From NCBI GenBank assembly GCA_963806855.1, contig CAWDYW010000003.1:719100-783099 (forward strand): a stretch of DNA of 64,000 nt, given 5' to 3'. The notes beneath the pieces were generated by a model. The model was not told the origin of the DNA, made no database searches, and worked only from the letters and a program-made list of their open reading frames with translations. This document shows, piece by piece, positions 57,981-64,000 of this stretch. Position 1 is the stretch's first letter; the number at the start of each line of letters is the position of its first letter. The translations under genes and the position numbers were made by a program. This DNA comes from an uncultured Verrucomicrobiae bacterium. Lineage in GTDB: Bacteria; Chlamydiota; Chlamydiia; Chlamydiales; Rhabdochlamydiaceae.

Positions 57981-58997
57981 AAATCGTGCAACTCCTTTTC
58001 TTTGTTAAATGCATGAAGGGTGATCCGCAAAACCTCGTGCCCACGCTGCACGGTGGGGCTAAGCAGGGGACGGACATCAAAACCACGCTCCATCAGCAGT
58101 GTTGACGCCTGTTTTGCTTGCTCATTTCCCTGGATTGGGATGGCGTGGATGTGGGTTTTCGATCCGCAGATTTCGATTAACCTTCGTAGATGCTCCCTTT
58201 CGTCTTCCATGTAGGGAAAACGGTCGTAACTCTCTTTGATGGCCGTTAGGATTGGAGAGCGGCGGCGCGGTCGTATAGATGAAGGGTGTGGCAAAATTGA
58301 TAAGCGATGCCTTAAGCGTATCGCTTCCTAAAACGATCGCTCCATAGGCTCCGAGCGCTTTGCCAAATGTGACAACTTGAGCGAAAACTTGGTCTATCAG
58401 ATGGTGCTGAGCGACCAGCCCTCGCCCCTGCGGCCCCATGACGCCGACCGCATGGGCCTCATCGACGATTAAACGGGCTCCGTAGCGGTTTGCTAGATCG
58501 GCGATTTCCGGAAGCGGGGCGAGGGAGCCGTCGGTTGAGTAAATCGACTCGATGCAGATGAAACATTCGTTTTGGCAGTACTTTGAAGACGGCTCTCAAG
58601 ATGATTGAGGTCGTTATGTCGAAAGGGGAGGGCCTTAGCTGAACTTAAACGAATGCCGTCGCGGGTCGAGGCGTGCACATGGGAATCAAAGAGAATCGTT
58701 GAACCGCTCGTGCCAATTGTCGAAATCAACCCCAAATTTGCCATATAGCCGCAGTTGAAGAGTAGCCCCGCTTCATACCCGTGAAACTGGGCGATCTGGT
58801 CCTCTAAGTCCTCCGCGTAGATCGTATTCCCAGTCAGCAGACGAGAACCGGTGTAGCCCCCACGCCATTTCTGAGAGCGGCCGGCCAGCCCCAAATAGTC
58901 GTTGGAAGCAAAATCGATCAGTTTAGGGAACGTTCGTAGCTCCCGAAAAATCCCCAGCTTTAATCCTTTTTGGCTAATTTCACAAATGCAAAATCAT
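57941..58997 (-). pseudogene. bioF: 8-amino-7-oxononanoate synthase, several frameshifts
   Basis: DFASNDYLGL, GSRLLTGN, GYMANLG, FRHND, DEAHA, TFGKALG, PTV..G..LRI. Confidence 0.9.
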
Positions 58998-59949
58998 CGT
59001 AACCCCAATAGCTCAAACATCTCCTTATCCCGATCTACAGGTGAGTTGCCCACCGTCAGCAACTTTTCCCCCATGTGGATCGAATTGGCGCCAGCGAAAA
59101 AGCAGAGCGCCTGATCTTCAAACGACATCTCTGCGTCGACCGGCGGACAAGCGGACCATCGATCTTGTTGGCATCACGATTCGGGCCAGCGCGATGATCC
59201 GGAGCATTTCCCAAATCGAGATGGGCGGCTGATTTTCAAGCGGCGTGCCAGGGATAGCAGACAGCCGATTGATCGGGACCGACTCAGGGTGCGGGTTTTG
59301 TGACGAGAGTGCTTGGAGCAGCTCTAATCGATCGAGCACCTCCTCTCCCATCCCCCAAAATGCCGCCACAGCAGACCGTGATCTCTGCCTCCCTGACTGC
59401 TTTGAGCGTGTTCAACCGGTCCTGATAGGTTCTCGTCGTGATGATCCTTGGATAGAATTTCTCTGAAGTGTCGAGATTGTGGCTATAGGCATAGGTGCCC
59501 GCCTCTTTAAAGACGACGTGCTTGCGCTTCATTGAGCATCCCAAGACAGCAGCACACTTCTATTTCTCATGGCAGTAATCTCTTTGGTCATCTGGAGCAC
59601 AGCCTCAAACTGCTTGCTGTCACACACCTCCCGCCATCCGGTGCAGCGACAAGACAAACCCGCGTCGCCCCTTGCGCCTGCGCCTGCTTAGCCTTTTCGA
59701 GCACCTCTTCGACACTCATCATCGGCAGGGGAGCGACTGCAGTTTTGTAGCGAGAGGACTGGGCACAGTACTTGCAGTCCTCGGAGCAGCCCCCGCCTGC
59801 TCCGGAACAAGATGCATTGACAGCGCTGCACTTTCCCCACCTTATGGAAGGCGCAGTGCACCCCATGGGCCTTCTGAAATCAGCTCCATCAGCGGCAGCT
59901 CATACAGCTCTTTTAATTCTTCAATTTTCCAATCGTAGCGTATATTCAT
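58994..59949 (-). pseudogene. bioB: biotin synthase, many frameshifts
   Basis: MNIRYDW start, [44 protein letters not shown]. Confidence 0.92.
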
Positions 59950-60002
59950 GGTCGAAATGTTAAACCGACGATTTTCCGATTTTCAATGCAAAACCGGACA
60001 CA

Positions 60003-60089
60003 TTAAACTAGAAAGGGGTTTAACGAAAAACGAAAGTGAGTTTAAAATGACCTCTTTGTCCTGTTTTGATCAAACCAGAAAGTAGTTTG
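60003..60089. promoter_or_regulatory. candidate operators between bioB and the wHTH gene
   Basis: TTAAAC-TAGAAAGGG-GTTTAA (60003-60023), AAAC-GAAAGTGA-GTTT (60028-60043), CAAAC-CAGAAAGTA-GTTTG (60071-60089). Confidence 0.6.
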
Positions 60090-60117
60090 TAACAGGCAAA
60101 AAAAGGGTCTTATTTTT

Positions 60118-60905
60118 ATGCTTGAAGTCTTATGCGGCAACAAAAATGTGCAGCGGATCCTTCTCTTTCTGTTCGTCAATGGAAAATGTTATGGGTCGCA
60201 GCTCCACCGCTCACTCAAAGCCCCACTCACGCCACTACAGAAGGCATTCAACCGGCTAGAAAAGGGCGGGCTCATCACCAACGACTATGAAACAGGGAAG
60301 CCGCCTCTACCAATTCAATCCCGCCTACCCCTTAATCGGTGAAGTGGAGCAGCTGCTGAAAAAGGCCTATACCCTCCTCCCTGCACCGGAGAAAAAGCAG
60401 TACTACGTCCTTAAAGTAGAAGGCTCCTATTAGCGGTGAGACCAACCTACAGGTGCTCCTCGCCTTTTGGGAAAAACTGCTCAACGTCACAGAGGTCTCC
60501 TTTCATGCGATGAGCAAAACGGGTGAAGAGATTGGCTGGAACGGCAAAGGGCAGGGAGAAGTGACCAAGACCAAAGAGGGATCCAATATCCTCACCTTCA
60601 CTGAAAAGGGAACATGGCAGGGTAAACAGGGAGGAGAACTCGCCTTTAGAAACGTCTTCCGCTGGACACTAGATCGGCGCGCCGGCGTCATCTCGCTCGA
60701 ACATTTGCGCAGGGGCCCAGACCATCCGGTTTTCCTTTTCCACCTGGCTCCCACGAGTAAACATGCCCTCTCATCAGTCGACTCCCATCTGTGCGAAGGG
60801 GACACCTACTTTGGCCGAATCCACTTTGACCGCTTCAGCCTCCGCCTCAACTGGCGCGTGATCGGCCCAAAGAAAAACGAAGAGATCAATTATTACTATA
60901 GTTGA
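60118..60905 (+). pseudogene. winged-HTH + DUF6314-like protein, frameshifted near 60300 and 60435
   Basis: wHTH (ILLFL..YGSQL..LQKAFNRLEKGGLI..RLYQFNPAYP) then GWNGKGQG..EKGTW..FRNVFRW..HLCEGDTY..WRVIGPKK. Confidence 0.7.
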
Positions 60906-61012
60906 TCGAGCCTATCGTCTCACCCCCACCTCCTGCCATTGACTGAAATTACTATTATGATTCATCCTATTTCGCGGAATTATTCAACAACTCTTGATAA
61001 GGTAGGTTTTTC

Positions 61013-64000
61013 ATGTCTTTTCTCCATCCCGATGTTCTCCGAACCCTCACTACATTTCCTAACTATCACAACCTTCCTCTTGAGGAACAGGGGCAACCCA
61101 TGCCCCCGACTTCAGCTCCTAAAGGAGCTCTGAATGAAAACGGATTGGATGATGAACAAGTCAGTTGGTTTAGAGAACGTATCGGAAAAGAAAGAAACTT
61201 TAGAGAACTTCATGAAAAATTACCAGGAGGTCCGCGCCCAGCACCGGAAGTGGCTTGGACAATGGCTTATCGATATTCAAAAGATTCTCCAGAAGAAAAA
61301 GCCTATATTGGAGTTGCAGGCTATTCAGGAGAGGTTTTTTCTTGATTCAGCCAAACCCAATGAGGATTCTCAACTTGATATCGATAATCCATATCATCAA
61401 AAAATCCTTGCTTTTGCCCTAAAGACATTTGATTCTAAGAAAATACCCGAAGCACTTTCTTCAAAAGTCCGCTTTTTGCAACTGCATATATTAAGTGCGT
61501 ATCAAGACGTTTATCCAAACGATGTTCAATTCGATGAAAAACAGTCGAACAAATTAAAACCGCGACAGGACTATTCGATAAGCTCAATAAGTTCGGAAAA
61601 AAAGTAGTTGCATTGGATGCAATAGGAGAATTGCTCGGCCTTACTAAATTAGCCGAGCCTATTACTAAAGAGCAATTCCAAACAATTTTCGGAAACGCCT
61701 ATTCCCCTGAAGAAATTCCTGCCCTCTTAAATACTGGCCTTAATTTAGAGAGACTCTTAAAGATGAGTTAGTGGGAAAACATTTGGCATATTTACAAACC
61801 CAGATTGCTGAACGACCCTGTTAGCCCCACCATGGAGCAACCTCCTCCAGATTAGATCCTGAAGAGAAAGCAGCGGTCCGTTCTAATATTGTCAACTTTC
61901 TAGAGACCGCTAAATCTCTTGATGTCGAAATCCCAGGCGAGGCTCAGTTAGCAATCGCCGAGCAGTATGAGCAAGCTCTTCCGACCCCTCAGGAACTTGC
62001 AGAATTGACTAGGGAAGTTGACACTGAAATCGATAGACTCCAAGAAGCGAAAATACGCCGGCAGGCAGAGATCCACCGGGTCGTTAGAGAGGTGGCGCAA
62101 GATCTTGCATGTGCAGTCCACGGCTGGTCTCAGCGGACGAAGAATATATCAAGCCGTAAAGATAAGACTGCGTCAAACCAAAGGAGACTTTCACGCTTTT
62201 GTCGATGCCTTAGGAATTAAAGAGATACCAGAATTTCAAAACATGTCTCTCCGAAGTATACAGAGCCTCTAGAGCATAGAATCATCGCCGCACAGGCGGA
62301 AGGAGCCGACGTCCTTAAAGAGGTCACACGGCTTATGAAAAAGATGTGAAAATGACTCGGGACGCGATTCAAAAGTGCAAACAACAAAATCGGAAGCTTA
62401 CTGGCCCACACGCCGATTAAAACAGCTGGGAGATATGATTATCTCCCACGAAAGATCGATGGAAAAAAATTTCGAGAAAAAGGCGAAGGGGCTACGAGGG
62501 GTCCATATACTTTTTGACGCCCTAAAAATTGCCGGCGCGATCACCAGTATTATCCCTGGGGGGCAAGCAGCAGGACTTGCTCTAAGTACTGCAGGTCAAC
62601 TCGGAAATCTAGCCAACGGTCAAGTCGATAACTATAACAATCGAGGATGGGACGCTCAATATAGTTGGTGCATGAATAGGTTATCCTCCATTATCTCTGC
62701 CGAGGAAATGCTTTTTAATGTGAACGTAAATCTGCAGAATTGGAATCAAGTCCTGCTAGGCCGAAAATATGATCAAGAAGAGTTTTTATTAAGAAACCCA
62801 CAACTGTTCCGCCCCCAAGCTTATTTGCGCAACTTGCGCGATGCCGTGATCGAAGCGCGTCGCAACTTAGAGAATATCGATTCTCAAATCAGTCAGTCTA
62901 AGGCAAAAGAGTCCGAATACGCACAAAACATCAATAGAGTTGTTCCCGAAATCGGCAAAAGCGAAAAAGAGATGAAACGCGCGAAGAAGAAAGCTGTGAA
63001 GAACCTAAATAGAAAAACTGCAAGAAACCTGAATCGGAAGGTAGCAGCTTATAGCAGCTTTAAAACCCAGTTGGCAAATCTCACAGCAGAGCGGATACAG
63101 AATCAGAATACCGGCGATGTCCTGACGCTGCAAAGAGAAGAACTGCAACGACTCAAAGCTTTTGAAGCTCGTCTTGCAGAACATGAAAAGATCGCTGACC
63201 TGCCCGATCACCACAAGCCTGGCGCGGAGAACATGTCTATGAGGAGCTTATGCATTCTTCAGGGAATGGGTCGCCAAGCTAGAATTGACAGATTACTGAT
63301 AAAGAATTAAAAGATTTAGAAGCTGAGGCCATCCAATTGGAAGCGGACCAAGTGAGCTCTCGAAGGGGACGCAGATTAAAACCTCACTTAATAGCTAAAT
63401 TCGCAACAGATAGGAAAGAGAAGAAACTTCTAGATAGACGAAGCAAAAGAAAGATGTCGGGCTAGCTATCAAAATTTTGTCGATGAAAGGATATTTCTTG
63501 TGCAGATCCAGCGACAGAGGGACATCAGCCAATTTAGCATCCTCAGCAGTTCAGAACATCCGGACCTAATCCCCCGCCTTCGTGAAGCCTCAAACAAGCA
63601 AATCTCCTCATCAACCGGCTTAGTTTTTACTCAGCGGAATCAGTTAAGAGAGCTGCGCGAGAAGGAGTTAAATCTCACAATTTAATCGATTCTAAAAAAA
63701 TATGAAGGGCTTGATCCCCTCACTGACAAACTGACAGCCGAACAAGTAACTGGCCACCGCGAATTAGGTGAATTAAAAGACGAGCTTGATGCTACTAAAG
63801 CACAACGATGGGAGCAGGAAAAAAATTGCAAGGAACTAGATGCCGTCATTGCTCAAGAAGAAACCTATCGTGATGTCCAGCTAGTGGAAGCGATCGACCA
63901 CCTTCCGTTGAATCAACGGATTCCTTGTGCTCAAAAATCCCGCGACACCCTTTTCGCTGCATATAATACTTCTAGCAATACGTAACCTTTTGCGGAAGCA
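61013..64000 (+). pseudogene. large coiled-coil-rich hypothetical protein in many frameshifted fragments
   Basis: Consecutive + strand fragments with continuous coding-like composition; may extend beyond the window. Confidence 0.5.

Noticed and set aside
59950..60117. Canonical BirA operator upstream of bioB
   Set aside because: The half-site-like TGTTAAACC has no partner at 14-16 bp, and the observed palindromes have 8-9 bp spacers

Overview
64-kb window most consistent with an environmental Chlamydiae genome or MAG (inferred from a long-form IspG, a Pmp-like Cys-rich autotransporter, F-box/ankyrin, MORN and DUF3638-type giant effector-like genes, and the bioB-F-D-A-(bioE) order). It holds two RNA-guided (OMEGA) insertion elements whose empty sites can be rebuilt from the sequence. 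One is an IS607 element (serine recombinase plus frameshifted atypical TnpB) that splits an M50-like metalloprotease gene at a GG core. The other is a non-autonomous element with intact IscB and omegaRNA, inserted in the last codons of a NUDIX gene. The biotin operon has no bioC/bioH/bioW here but has a BioE-like diiron protein. It is divergent from a winged-HTH + DUF6314-like gene, with repeated AAAC-N8/9-GTTT palindromes in between, which is my best candidate for an undescribed regulatory system. Other highlights: a 3579-aa protein combining a Cys-protease-like and an SF2-ATPase-like domain; a circularly permuted macrodomain-like protein and a PARP-like ADP-ribosyltransferase-like protein on either side of higBA; three unrelated 160-200 bp palindromic elements; and several promoters implying leaderless mRNAs. 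Frameshifts cluster at 17.5-19.1 kb, 29-33 kb and 56.7-64 kb and may be sequencing errors. No rRNA, tRNA or CRISPR array was seen. All family calls come from motif recognition, not database searches.
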